The notes: generated by a model from the sequence alone, not told the origin. 64,000 nucleotides of DNA from Malacoraja senta (GCA_038087875.1 CM075989.1:10046001-10110000), one strand, 5' to 3'. Shown: positions 1 to 12,956, counted from the stretch's first letter. Numbers and translations are program-made.

Positions 1-816
1 CTCGGGTTTGTGCTGCTATTAAAGCGGCAGACATGCAAGACCTCTCTCTGAATATATTAAATTTTCTTCCGCCAAAAGCTTACTGTACTCACGGGACCCT
101 CTCAAGAGGCGAATAACCAGTGGAAAAGAAATTGCCGTAATGCTAGCAAATTGCATTTTAAAAATAAAAGTTTAATTCCACACTGGGGTTTGGTGGGTTA
201 CGGGGCTGGGGGAGGGGATTGAGCCAAATAACTCGAGTCAGGAGGTGGAGGAACAGGTGGCACTTGGCATCAGCAGTGGAGCGGGAGCAGAGGGGGTCTG
301 AACGGGGGCACGTCAGTGCGAGGGAGAGCGTGCTGCTGGAATCTAACCCCTCTAACCCACAACAGGCACTGCACCAGACACATGGAACACCACCTTGAAA
401 AGGCTGTGGCAACAGTTTGGCCAATCATTAAACCAGTCAGCATTGCAATCAGAGGTTAACTGTTCAATAGCACTATTTTTAACATGTTTAAAAAGCCAGG
501 GCTTAATTTAGACGTTAAAAGAGTTGGTAAAATAAACACACACACACACACACACAAACACAGATGATCTGCTCTATTTAAACACTTCAAACAGGAGCAG
601 CAAGGACCAGAGTTCGCTGCTTATTAAAAATAAAACTGCTTTGAACTTATCATCTTCTAACGCTCTGCAAAAGGAACAAACTCTTTTCCTAGTTTTCCTT
701 CCACGTCTTTCCGGGAGACATCACCGGTGTAGACGACAGTCTCCTCCACTTTAGTGGCCACTCTCCACTCCAAATGTGGTGCAGGAAATGCAATTGCAGG
801 AGGCAGCAGAGATTAA

Positions 817-1421
817 AAGGCCTGTCTCACGAGTCTGCGGTCATTGGCGGCGAAACGGGAAGAATCTGCCGCCATAGACCGCGCACTCGTGAGAACGTAC
901 AATTCCGGGGCCGTGCGGCGGTGTTCCCAACACCGCACGGTGCTAAAATAAAACCGACAATGTTGAAAACAATAATCTTACCGCACAACCTCCACCAGTG
1001 ATGCACGAGTGCGGCACGGCCGCCCGCACGGGCCGCCGCCAGTGTGGCTCGAGCGCCGTGCGTCAAACCTCCACTGCCACAGCCTCCGCCAGTGAGGCAC
1101 GTGCCTCCGCCAGGGAGGCACGTGTGCGGCACGGCCGCAGGCACAGCCACCGCTACAGCGCCGCGATCAGGACGACCGCCGCCACAGCCGCCGCTGGTGA
1201 GTCACGTGCGGCGGGCCGACGTCATCGCAGTCGGCCCGCCCTTTTTTTTACTTACCGCAAGCACGTGGGACCCGCCGTGTTTGAATTACTCGGCCCCCGC
1301 GCAGCATCCGTGCGGCGCTCCAGTGGATAGGCTCGGCGCTCTCGCCGTTGCCGTGCGGTCCCCGCTACCGGCGACGCCGCGCTTCACCGCCGATGACCGC
1401 AAACAGGTAAGACAGAGCCTA
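817..1421. mobile_element. PIF/Harbinger-type MITE, GC-rich
   Basis: Imperfect ~40 bp TIRs (aaggcctgtctcacgagtctgcggtcattggcggcgaa / ttcaccgccgatgaccgcaaacaggtaagacagagcct), preceded by TAA. Confidence 0.75.
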
Positions 1422-1615
1422 TAGTCAGGCTCTACTGTCTGCAGTGGAAGTGCCGCACTGGATAGGAGTCAGGTAGAAATGGGTGTTGATCCCGCTAGTC
1501 CTGTATTATTGAGATGAGGGGGGTAAAAAGCCCCACATTAGCAGGGGTATCTGTATTTAAGAAGTTTGTCAGTGCATTTTGTTTCTGATTGTGGCCCGCA
1601 AGCGATTCATAACGG

Positions 1616-2077
1616 GGCAACCTGAGCGTCCAGGAGCGGAAAAGGCTGCAAAAAGTTGTAAACACTGCCCAGTCCATCATCGGCTCTGACCTTCCTACCA
1701 TCGAGGGGATCTATCGCAGTCGCTGCCTCAAAAAGGCTGCCAGCAACAAGGACCCACACCATCCTGGCCACACCCTCATCTCTCCGCTGCCATCAGGTAG
1801 AAGGTACAGGAGCCTGAAATCTGCAACATCCAGGTTCAGGAACAGCTACTTCCCCACAGCCATCGGACTATTAAACACTTCAAACAAACTCTGAACTTTA
1901 ACAACCTATTGCACTTTATCTGTTTATTTATGTGTGTGTATATATTTATATTCTATGGTATATGGTCACACTGATCTGATCTGTATTTATGCCTACTATA
2001 TTCTGTTGTGCTGCAGCAAGCAAGAATTTCATTGTCCTATCTGGGACACATGACAATAAACTCTCTTGACTTGACTT
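1616..2077 (+). mobile_element. Rex1/Babar-like LINE 3' fragment
   Basis: Closely matches the 3' end of the 44506-45894 element ([21 protein letters not shown]) and ends in a stem-loop, GACAATAAA and (GACTT)n. Confidence 0.85.
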
Positions 2078-2504
2078 TGATTCTTGTGTTAGCCCATGTC
2101 CACTGGCCTACATTGGCTCTGGTTTAAATACACCTGAAGTTCAATATTCTCATCATTGCTTTGCATTCCATCCAATGTTCTCTCTCTGCCCAATCTCCTG
2201 CTCTCCTCATACAACCAATCCCCTCCATCTCCCAATATCCTCACCCCTACAATGCTCCAAATCATTTGCACTCTTCCAATTCCAGTCTATTGGTTCTTTT
2301 ACATAAATGTAAACACAAACTCACATAGGACCACTCGGCCCCTTGAGCCTCTGCTGCCATTTAATGAGTACATGACTGCACCATAACCCCAATTTCAGCT
2401 TACCCATGGTATCTTTTCACCTTTTTGCTTCTCAAGAATCTATCTACCACTGGCTTAAAAATATTCAAAGACTGCTTCCACCACCCTTTGAGGGAGAGAT
2501 GAGG

Positions 2505-2980
2505 TCTTCCGCTCTAGGAAGACCTATTATTGAGGTGTATAAAATCATGAGAGGAATAGATTAGAGATTAGAGATTAGAGATTCCTTTATTTGTCATTCA
2601 GACCTTTCGGTCTGAACGAAATTCAGGTAGATGCACAGATCGGGTAGATGCACAGATTCTCTTGCCCAGAGTAAGTGAATCGAGGACCAGAGGGCATAAG
2701 TTTTAAGATGAAGGGGAAATGATTTAATAGGAATCCGAGGGGTAACTTTTTCACACAAAGGGTGGTGGGTGTATGGAACAAGCTGCCAGAGGAGGTAGTC
2801 GAGGCTGGGACTATCACAATGTTTAAGAAACAGTTAGACACATACATTGATAGGACCAAACATAGGTTTGGAGGGATATGGACCAAACACAGGCAGGTGG
2901 GACAAGTGTAGCTGGGACATGTTGGCCAGTGTGGGCAAGTTGGGCTAAAGGGCCTGTTTCCAAGCTGTATCACTGTATGA
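2505..2980 (+). mobile_element. CR1/HER1-like LINE 3' fragment with a small insertion at ~2562-2623
   Basis: Typical CR1 C-terminal sequence (EVYKIMRG...RGHKFK...FFTQRVVG.WN.LP) and the gggcctgtttcc...ctgtat tail. Confidence 0.85.
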
Positions 2981-3473
2981 CTATCTGCTCTTTTTCTAAA
3001 AACTGGTTGAAAACAAAATTCCATGGCTCTTTTCTAATCCTTCCACCAATTACTTTACATCTATGCCCTCTGCTGTTAATTGTCCTCAGTGAAAAAAACA
3101 GCAACAAAATCAATGCTAACTTGCCAATTAGAAGGGACCGACTGAGCAACACACCACACTATTGAGGCAGGCACAAACCTCGGCTGGAACCCCAGCAGCT
3201 TCTCGCCATCAATGGCAAAGCTCACCCTGACCACACACTGACCAAAGCCACATCACAAACCCAAGAACAAAAGAGCTTTCGCAACTGGGTAGTGGTGTCT
3301 GTCCTACCATCCCACATCTTACCCAAAATCATCTACCAACCTCAGCTCTCACACCAACCACCAACTGGAAGGAAGTTGATTTGTTGTGTTGTTTCAGTCC
3401 TGGTGCATAAGAATATCAAACACTCTCCCCTCTTGACTCAGAAATGATGACCCCCCCATTACGGTTTGCAAAG

Positions 3474-3680
3474 AAGACAACACAAAATGCTGGAGTAACT
3501 CACAGGGGCAGGCAGCATCTCTGAATAACATGGAGAGGTGACTTTTGCGCTGGGACCCTTCTTCAGCCCCGACCCAAAATGTCACCTATCCATGTTTTCC
3601 AGATATGCTACCTGACTCACTGAGTTACTCCAGTACTTTGTGACTTATTTTATAAACCAGCATCTGCAGTTCCTTGTTAC
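3474..3680. mobile_element. Penelope pLTR-derived hairpin element
   Basis: Inverted pair of the tgctggagtaactcag...gcagcatctct repeat with a degenerate hammerhead motif. Confidence 0.75.
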
Positions 3681-4331
3681 CTCCCCTGTTTGGGAGGAGT
3701 CTGGTATCACTCCCAAAGTTAGCTTTGGATTATAGCAAGAAATTCTTGTTTCTTATTAAAAACCTGATAATGTTATGGATATAAACCCGCCAACAGCAGG
3801 AAGTGTAAGTAGCCACCAACTCCTTCCTTTCACAAGGACCCTACACTGCAAGCACGTTCAGAGGGGAAATCTCTGCTGCCCACCTCCCGCTGTTTCACCC
3901 CCATCGGGCATCAGAATAATCCCGCTGTTCAAACACAATAGCTATTGGTTACTTCTTACAGTCACAGGAAGCACTCCCCGAGGCGGCAGGAAATGACAAA
4001 AACAGAACTTCAAAGCAAGCGAGCCGCCCGTTAGTTAGGCCATCCCGAACACAGGAAGTGCTTCTCCAGTTCACAGAACTGATGCAAGAGTCATCAAAAC
4101 AAACAGAACACATCATCGCATCCGGAGATAAATTATAGCATTCGGCTAAATTAAACATGTTGGTCAAAACTCTACTCTATTTGGGAGTTGGAATGTTTGG
4201 ATCTATATTTATAGCGGCATAGTTTCCTGATAATTTTATCACACAACTCCTCACTCTCCCCTCCCAAAGTGTTTATAAGCAATCTATTGAAGCATTCACA
4301 GAAAAAAAAGGAAAGAAATCCTTGAATTTCA

Positions 4332-4570
4332 AGACAAGAGACATTTATTTGTCACATGTACCAATTGGTACAGTGAAATGTGTGGTCACCATCAAGCCAT
4401 ACGAATAAAAAAGAGCACAGAATGCGATAGTCTTTAACATAGACATCCCCACACAGCGGAATCAACGTTTTCGACTGTGAGGGAGGGCACCAAACTTCAG
4501 TCATCCTCCTCTGTTATTGTCTGTTGTTCACCCTTGGTTGGGGGGCTCCCGAACCCCTTGCTGTCGCCCC
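4332..4570 (-). mobile_element. Non-autonomous retroelement 3' end (Rex1-type tail)
   Basis: Reverse complement of the tttcactgtacc-aatt-ggtacatgtgacaaataaa tail; body is similar to 12755-12900 and 40480-40664. Confidence 0.6.
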
Positions 4571-4994
4571 TCTGACTACTTTCAGTGCCCCTCTGACTAA
4601 TTTGACCAACAGTGCCCCAGAGGATATCTTTTCACGGTTACAGATTCCAAGCTCAGCATTCCTACTGGGTAATCAAACTATCCCCCCCGGTCAAAATTAA
4701 TCTGCATCGTTCATTCAACAGTAGATTGCACTTTCATCTGAATCAGAAGCTTGCAGTTTCTAATCCTTTTCCACAGAGTCTAAGATCCAGTACCAACAGA
4801 GTGCTGCACTATCAGAGAGAGCACCTTTCTGGCAAGATATTCAACCAGAGGCTCTCTCAATTAGGCGCACGAGATGTCAACACAATACTCTGAGGAGTTC
4901 CCAGGCAAATAAATCACCAATAACCTGCCCTGGCCCAACCATATTGATGCTATGGCCCAGAAAGCACACCATTGCTGCTTCCTTTCAGCACTAA

Positions 4995-5232
4995 AGGGCC
5001 TGTCCCACTTTCACGACCTAATTCACGACCTCTGCCGAGTTTGCTCTTGACTTATACTCGCAGCATGGTCGTCACGAGGTCGTAGGAGGTCGTAGGTTGG
5101 TCATAGCAGGCCGCGATGCTAGTCGTAGGTACTCGAGGCATCAAGTAGGTCGGGGCGTTTTTTCTAGCCTGATAAAAAATGTCCACGAGTAAAAAAGGTC
5201 GTGAATTAGGTCGTGAAAGTGGGACAGGCCCT
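4995..5232. mobile_element. PIF/Harbinger MITE
   Basis: Perfect ~36 bp TIRs (agggcctgtcccactttcacgacctaattcacgacc) and a TAA target duplication on both sides. Confidence 0.9.
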
Positions 5233-5521
5233 TAAGGAAATTCGACACGTCTCCAACAACTCTTGCCAACGTCTACAGATGCACCGTTGAAAGCATCCTA
5301 GAGATGCATCACAGCTTGGTACATCAATTGCTCTGCCCAAGACCCCAAGAAATCGCAGAGTGTTGTGCAGTCCATCGTGTAATCCAGCCTCCCCCCTCAT
5401 TGATCTCATCTGCGCTTCATGCTGCCGAGGGAAAGCAGCCAGCATAATCAAAGGACCCTTTATACTCCGGTCGTTCCCTTTTCTCCCTTCTCCAATTGGG
5501 CAGAAGATACAAACACACAAA

Positions 5522-5672
5522 GTGTGTAGGAAGGAACTGCAGATGCTGGTTAAAATCGAAGATAGACACAAAATGCTGGAGTAACACAGCGGGACAGGCA
5601 GCATCTCTGGAGAGAAGGAACGGGTGACGTTTCGGGTCAAGACAACTTAACGCCACCCATTCCTTCTCTCCA
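5522..5672. mobile_element. Penelope pLTR-derived element
   Basis: Minus-strand pLTR end plus a short inverted arm. Confidence 0.75.
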
Positions 5673-6171
5673 CAAACAATGAAAGCATGCACCCCCAGAT
5701 TTAGGAACAGCTTCTTCCCTGCTGTTATCAGACCACTGATTGGACCTCTCATATACTAAGGGGGTAGTTGCTGTCCTGGTCTCTTCTTTCATCTGCACTT
5801 TCTCTGTACCTGCAACAATATATTTTGCAATCTGTTTATTTCTCGCTTTGCTCTGTTATATTTGTCCATGATTTGATTATAGTATGATTTGACTAGCTAG
5901 CATGCAAAAAGGGGTTTCACTGTATTTTTGTACAGGTGACAATAATAAATCAACACCAATACCCAACTGCACACAAGCATTGTGATGATCATTCCATCAA
6001 TTTCCTTACAAGCATATTTCTTAAAAACTGGCTGCTGTATTTCCCACATTACGACAACAACTGCACTTCAGAAAGAACCTCACGTGTTGTAAAGAAGCTC
6101 TAGACGTCCTGAGGTCATGAAGGACCCCGTCAAAATGCCTTCGTTGTGAAGCCCAGCAGATCAAATTTTAA

Positions 6172-6345
6172 CATGCGTAAGAAAGAACAGCAGATGCTGG
6201 TTTAAATCAAAGGTAGACACAAAATGCTGAAGAAACTCAGTGGGTGAGGCAGCATCTCTGGAGAGAAGGAATGGGCGACGTTTCGGGTCTTCTCTCCAGG
6301 GATGCTGCCTCACCCGCTGAGTTACTCCAGCATTTTGGGTCTAGA
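6172..6345. mobile_element. Penelope pLTR-derived hairpin element
   Basis: Inverted arms (aaatgctg...ggcagcatctctggagagaag / cttctctccagggatgctgcc...cagcatttt). Confidence 0.8.
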
Positions 6346-7214
6346 TCAATTTGACACATGTATAAAATTGAGCTACATTCCCTGGATTACGGGGTTGGCT
6401 TTGGAGGAGAGGTAATCTTGTTCCCACCCAGTTAAGAACGAGCTGGAGTGGTGACAGGGTCCCCTGCTGACCAACACACAGCTAATGAGGGGTTTCAGCC
6501 AAGCCTCAACTCTGCCTTCAGATCCCACGCTCAGCAGCCGCCAGCCACAACAAGAAGAATCAGTGACTTATAAAAATACACAGGAAGTGAAGGCAGGCAG
6601 CACATAATCTTCCAGCCACTACTCTGCACACCCACACGCTGTCTGGGATAGCAAGTTGATTCAGAGGCAGTAAATCCAATCGTCAAGTCATCAGCATAAA
6701 GTCCTTAGGGCTGGATGAGCTCCACTGTGGGAACAATATACCACGCCTCCGGCTACAGCTTGCGGCAGGCATGAAGATAGGTGCACAAGAACAGAAGCAG
6801 ACTTCCGTGCTGCTGGGCTTGTGATTTTCCTCACGTCCTTGAATGTTCAATTTAGATATTGCTGCAGCTCATCCGATACCATACCCCATTTCCGCCAAGG
6901 GCAATCAGCACCAATCCCACAAAATCCTCAATGATACCACATCTTGGTTCTTCCGCACAACTGTAGGAAGGCAACCCCTTCATCCCAGGAACTAGTTCAA
7001 TAAAGTCCAGTGATTCCTCCCTGAATTGCCTCCAATGCAAGAATATTCCTCCTGAAATTAGTAAACCCAAGGGCCTCTGGCCATGGTCGACACCAAACCA
7101 AAACTGAACCACGCTTTATAGAATCTGACCCAAACCAAGCACACTTCCAGGGAGGCCTCTCTGTGTTGCAAGTCGATTCAAGAGCAGAGGAGATTTGTAA
7201 TAAAACTAGATGGG

Positions 7215-7362
7215 GGGGTATATGGAATGAGCTGCCATAGGGGTTGGTTGAGGAAGGCACTATAACAACATTTCAAAGATATTTGGACAGGTACACAAAT
7301 GGGACGGGTTGAGAGGGATATGGGCAAGTTGGGCCAAAGGGCCTGTTTCCATGCTGTATGAC
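7215..7362 (+). mobile_element. CR1 3' fragment
   Basis: tggaatgagctgcca...gggcctgtttccatgctgtatgact. Confidence 0.75.
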
Positions 7363-8804
7363 TAGGACTTAAATCATCCTGACCTGGGTATGGTACCGAG
7401 TCTGTCCTGCTCAGCACAGACCGATCCAAACCTGTGATCAGAACCAACGCACCACATGTAGTCATGTCCTGTTGGACTTGGCTTGGGTGGTGGTCTAATT
7501 CAAGGTGCTGAGAGCTCTGGGGATAAGATGGGCGAATGCAGTCAGCCTTAGCTTCACTGAACAGCAGAAAAGTCTCAACGGGCTGAATGGCCTCCTCGTA
7601 CTCCTGGTTGGAAAGTAAACATAGGCATGTACTCTTTCCCCATAGGCACAATCCTGACTCACTGAATAGAGGAGGCTCCAAATATCTGCTCCCTGCACGG
7701 GGATAATTACAACTGATAAGTTCCCTTAAATCTGTCCACAACATATGCATCTTGTTCCTACCGCAGACCACTGGGATAATCTCCTAAATCTCTTCACATC
7801 TGGTTTTCCACATCGCTACAACCACCGGATGAAAACAAACCGCGTGTCTGGAATGGCAGAAATCAGTAGAAAGAGCAAGGGTCAAAGCCATCGACGCTTC
7901 AGATTAAAGCTCGTAACCAATCACCACAATGTGTTACTGAGGGGGCAGGAAGGTGCGAATAAACTCCTGGGCACGATGGCCTCCTTTGGCACCATGGGGT
8001 TTTTGTGATTCCAGATATAGTCCTCTGTGCTCCTGTGGTTTCCCAGTAGCTTATGCTTAGTTCTTAGACAGCAAATATGAGTTGCACCGGCACAATACAG
8101 TTATCTGTGCAACAGTCTATGGTGTTTCAAAGGTCTAAAATATGGAGATATATTTGGACAGGTGCCCAAACTGGAGTGCAATCGTCACGGAGAGGACTGA
8201 CTCATTGGGGCAGAGAGAGTAGCAAGCAATTAATTAACATCTATCTAAATTACAAATTTTGCTACTAATCACTTCTTTATTTTTTCTCTCCTGGCTCTCC
8301 TTCTCACCTGGACCTTCCTTTCTTTCTGTGGCCCTGCTGGACACTTATTTCATTAACCACAAAGGGGTTCATGGACCAGGGTTTATCAACGTGTCTGGCC
8401 AAGTCCCCTTGTGTCAGGTGTCCAGCTGTCCAAGCTCAGGCCCAAAGGGCAAGTCAAAAAGGTTTGAATTTCTATAGTGACCTTCAAGATCATTGTACAC
8501 CTCAAAGATCCTCAGAGCCAACCTTACTGTGCCACCGTTATTGTAAATGCAGATACACAGCAAGGTTCCGCAAATGTGACAAACTTCACAAAGTTGGAAA
8601 AATATCAGTCGACTGACCAGGGAGAATGTCTCTGTTCTGTGAAGTGATACGATGGGTTCTTGTATCGGCAGATGGGGGGGGGGGAGCAAATGGAACCTGG
8701 GCAACTTCTCAGCTAAAAGTCCACAGAACCACGTCTAAAAATGTACTTCCTTGTTCACAGCTAGTTACATTATCTGTAGTAACGTATTTTGGAACTCCCA
8801 GCAG

Positions 8805-10015
8805 TAATCAGGCAACTGAACCATGCTATCAACAACTAGAGAGCAGTCCCGAGCTACTGTCTAACCTCATTGGAGACCCTCAGACTATCGGATTTCAAAA
8901 GAGAGTTGGGATAATCATTTATTACAGGTGCATAAATGCTCGATCAACGTACGACATACGCTTATCCAATTTAAAACATTACATAGATTATATTATTCAA
9001 AAACCAAACTAAATAAAATCTTTCCTAACGTCTCACCAATCTGTGATAAATGTATATGTCAAGAAGCTACCATAGCACATTCTTTTGTTTTTTGTACAAA
9101 AATCCAAAAATTCTGGTTTGAAATATTTGATATTTTTTCAAAATTAATCAAAATAAAACTGGTACCAAAACCAGAATGGATTATTTTTGGAATATCGGAA
9201 GGTATTCCTGAATTAAACGTGTATCAGAAGAATTTACTCAATTATGGGCTAATAATGGGAAAAAAGCTTATACTTAAATTCTGGAAAAATGCGCCCACAC
9301 CAACAATAAAAATGTGGACATCAAATATGTTGGAAACATTACATCTGGAAGAGATGAGATTCCTCCTAGTAGGCAAAGCAGATCAATTTCAAAAGACGTG
9401 GTCTACGTTTTTGGACCTATTACAAGCATGAGGTGCAATAGTAATTTAGAAAAACAAATAAATAAATAAAAGGTATCTGGACCTGGTAATGGGAGGTAAA
9501 ATAAAAATAGACTTGGTTGGTAGTTCCTTCTCTATGAAGTATGGTATAAGAGTCATAATAGAGCGATTGTTCCTTCTTTCTTTCTCTTTTTTTTCTAGGG
9601 TCTATTTTCTAACTTTACTTCCTTCTCTAACCTCTTTTCTAAGGGGCTTTCTTTTCCCAACACTCTTTTGCACTTCACAACCTTTGCGCACTTTCTTCAC
9701 TTTTCTTACTTCTTTCTTTTTCTTTTTTAAAGTTTAAAAAAGTGAAGCGGTACAAAAAATGTATTAATATATACGTGTTGTACATTACTGTAATCTACCG
9801 TACTTCTAAAAAATAAAAAATTAAAAAAAAAAAAAAAAAAAAGACTATCGGATTTCTCTGGACTTTATCTTACACTAAACGCTATTCCTTTACCATGTAT
9901 CTGTACACTGTGGATGGCTCGATTGTAGTCATGTATTTTCTTTCCGCTGACTGGTTAGTACACAACAAAAGCTTTTCACTGTACCTCAGTACATGTGACA
10001 ATAACCTAAACAGAC
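8805..10015 (+). mobile_element. Rex1-type 3' end element interrupted by an L1
   Basis: The sequence resumes after the L1 TSD and ends in cttttcactgtacctcagtacatgtgacaataa. Confidence 0.65.
8897..9841 (+). mobile_element. 5'-truncated L1-clade LINE (ORF2 C-terminus, 3' UTR, poly-A)
   Basis: ORF 8928-9431 with a CDKC...H...C zinc-finger-like motif, a poly-A tail and a 15 bp TSD agactatcggatttc (8882-8896 / 9842-9856). Confidence 0.92.
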
Positions 10016-10018
10016 TAA

Positions 10019-11859
10019 AAGGGCTGTCTCACTGTGCGAGTTGACCCACGAGTGACCCCGAGTTTAAAACAAATTTAACTCGTGGTAATCACGTACAATT
10101 AACGTAGCGGGAACTTTGAAACTCGTGGACGCAACTTAGCGACTCTTGGCGCTAACGGGAGGTACACGTGAAACTTGTTAACTCTTGCAAAAGTTCAAAC
10201 ATGTTTGTACTTTTCCACGAGTAAAATGTACTCTTGAGGTTATAATTTGAAACATTTTAAACTCGTTGTAAGAACGTAGTGGCCCGTGCGTTTAACTTTG
10301 TGACTCGTGATTCTACCGTGGGAACTCTTTTTAGAAACAATAATCAGGGACAGAAATATCAGTTACTTAGATTTTTTAAAGACAAATTCTGCTTAACAAA
10401 GTTAAGCAAGTTATTGATAAGGTGACAGAGTGGGTTGAAAAGAAAAAAATTGCTTGAAGTTTATATATAAATTTGTGTTGTGTTGAAAAGCTTTTTGCTG
10501 ACCCGTTTGATTCTCACTGTTTGTTTACTTCATTGCACAATAAAAGAGAGTTATTTGCTATCAAGATCAAATTGATGCCTGGAAGTCTTCATTTTAATAT
10601 CACTACAAAGTCTCATGACTTGAATGTAATATTCCTTTCATCATAAAACACAAAATAGAGGAAGGCAAAATATATTCACATCTTGATTCTCACAATCATT
10701 TGTGAGATTTAAGGACTCAACTGCCTCATATGCTGTGCTTTTTAAATGTTTAAAATTGTCACCTCTCAGTAGATCAGAAAATAAGACAAAGTCTTATGTG
10801 AAACAAATGTCTTGAATGTGAAACAAAGTCTTTATTCTTGTTCAATATAAAAAACGCTTTTTTGCGCATATTGAGAAATATGCGTAATTTCCTGCAAACC
10901 CATATCACGGTGAAGCACCACAGCAAACAACACAGTGGTCTGAAAAAGGGCTTCTCATACATGAAAATCAACAAATGAAGCACAAATAAAAGTATTTCCA
11001 CTATATACTAATTCAGCTGAGAAATGCACAAGTCTAAATTCAGGCAATAAAAGATACAATGCAATGCGCTAAATGACAAGTTTTGAGATCTACAATCAGA
11101 TAAGCAGATGCATGATAACCACGTTTTAAAGGAAAGACAGATGCAATGAAATTACTTTTACACCACAATAAAAAATAAAATCCACACTTAAAGTTAAACA
11201 ATGAAAAGTCAGCAGGATTTAAACTAAACATGAAATTAACTGGATTTTTCTGTATGTGGGCTCTCCTCATGCAGTGATGTACCTGTGGTCGGCAGCCGCT
11301 CAAAATAAGCTGTCCAGCCACGGCACACTGCCCAATTTTGAATTATAGTAGGAGCAGAGATGGTCTCTCTGCTCTTTTGCACTGTTGGTCCCCGTGTTAC
11401 CTCGAAAACACTGCAGTGGCACCAAAGTCTCTTCGTTTGTACCATTCCTCCACGCACCTAGTGTTATTCTCCCTGTTTGACTGTCCACTAAGTCACCGTC
11501 CTGCATGGCTGTTGCTGATCCTGAAGCTGCACCTCTGATACGGATCAGGTTGTGCAGAACACATGCAGCAAACACAATAGTCTCTACGTTCTTTGGCTGG
11601 CATGACATCATTTTTTGAACATGTGATGATTTTTCAACACGTCGATATACATTGTTGCCTCAAGATTAACGGGAGAGGAACTTGGTACACTCGGGAGACG
11701 AACTTGGAACATCGCAGAAATGAGAAGTAAACGGCAAACTTAGACATACCCGTGGGAACTCGGTTAAACTCTGGATCATAAACTTGTAGTCTCGTACGCA
11801 ACCACGAGTCTTTCACTCGGGGTCACTCGTGGGTCAACTCGCACAGTGAGACAGACCTT
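10019..11859 (-). mobile_element. Internally deleted PIF/Harbinger transposon
   Basis: ~45 bp TIRs (aaggKctgtctcactgtgcgagttgacccacgagtgaccccgagt), many subterminal ACTCGTG repeats and a transposase remnant. Confidence 0.88.
11300..11611 (-). pseudogene. Harbinger (HARBI1/ALP1-like) transposase C-terminal remnant
   Basis: IVFAACVLHNL...RDHLCSYYNS.LGSVPW motif typical of DDE_Tnp_4-family C-termini. Confidence 0.8.
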
Positions 11860-11929
11860 TCACTCTAATTTATACCACTGAGGGAGCTGTACTAATGAAT
11901 AGCCCCACAAAGGAGAGCAAAAAAGTGAT

Positions 11930-12199
11930 GGTAGACAAAAATGCTGGAGAAACTCAGCGGGTGAGGCAGCATCTATGGAGCAAAGGAAATAGGCAACATT
12001 TCGAGTCGAAACCCTTCTTCAGATTGATGTGAGGGTGGGGGCGGGAAGAAGAAAGGCTTCTTCACATCAGTCTGAAGAAGGCTTTCGACCCGAAATGCTG
12101 CCTATTTCCTTCGCTCCATAGATGCGACTGCCTCACCCGCTGAGTTTCTCCAGCATTTTTGTCTACCTTCGATTTTCCAGCATCTGCAGTTCCTTCTTA
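11930..12199. mobile_element. Complete pLTR hairpin element with a 14 bp TSD
   Basis: ~100 bp inverted arms, each with a hammerhead-like motif; TSD agcaaaaaagtgat at 11916-11929 and 12200-12213. Confidence 0.88.
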
Positions 12200-12956
12200 A
12201 GCAAAAAAGTGATAACAGGCCTCGACTCAGGGACTTGGAAAATGGGTCCCAGGAGTGACATCAAGCCCACAAGACAGCTGGCTCGGCCACAGGTTGTTGC
12301 TGAAGCTGAATTCTAACACTGAAGGGAATAGAACATCAGCACAAACATCAGACCGTCAATGCAACCAAACTTCCCAGGTGCTTCACAGAGGCGCAATCCA
12401 ACAGATCGGACACTGGCCAAAACAAAATCACTCAGGCGACCCAAACAATTCAAAGGGTTCATTTTACAAGCGAGGGGCACAAACAGATTGTGAGATGGAA
12501 TTCCAGAGTAGCAGTTTGGAAGGAAGAATGAAATAGTGACGTGTTATTTAAATGGAGTGAGACTGCAGAATGTTGTGGTACCAAGGAATCTGTGGGTCTC
12601 AGTACAGGAAGCACAAATAGTTAGGATGCAGAATAAGCAAGTAATTAACAAGGCTATTGAAACATTGGTCTATTTTACAGGGGACATGCTGAGTATAAAG
12701 AACATGGGCGTTCTAATGCAACTTTACAAGGTGTTGGTGAGAAAACATCTAGCTTCCATCACAGTGAGGATTGTGGGGAATCCGCTGTGGTGGATGTTTA
12801 TGTTAACTTTTATGTAGTTGTGTGTCTCGCTGCCTTTTTAATATGGCTCTATGGTAATTCGAGTTTCACTGTACCTTAATTGGTACAGGTGACAAACTGA
12901 CCTTTGAACCTATGAAACCTTTGAGCTTATTGCATAGACATTTGGGCTCTTTTTAA

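Larger units (their letters stand above)
4935..5960 (+). mobile_element. Old Rex1-like LINE 3' fragment hosting a MITE and a pLTR element
   Basis: Degenerate RT C-terminal sequence (caggaacagcttcttccc-like) and a gtgacaataataaa tail. Confidence 0.65.

Noticed and set aside
774..1424. GC-rich overlapping ORFs and an apparent CpG-island promoter
   Set aside because: Bounded by Harbinger TIRs; the ORFs are low-complexity products of high GC content.
7178..7771. 197 aa ORF
   Set aside because: Runs antisense through a CR1 tail; no recognisable motif.
11300..11611. Domesticated HARBI1-like host gene
   Set aside because: Only a C-terminal fragment lying inside TIRs, with no catalytic core.
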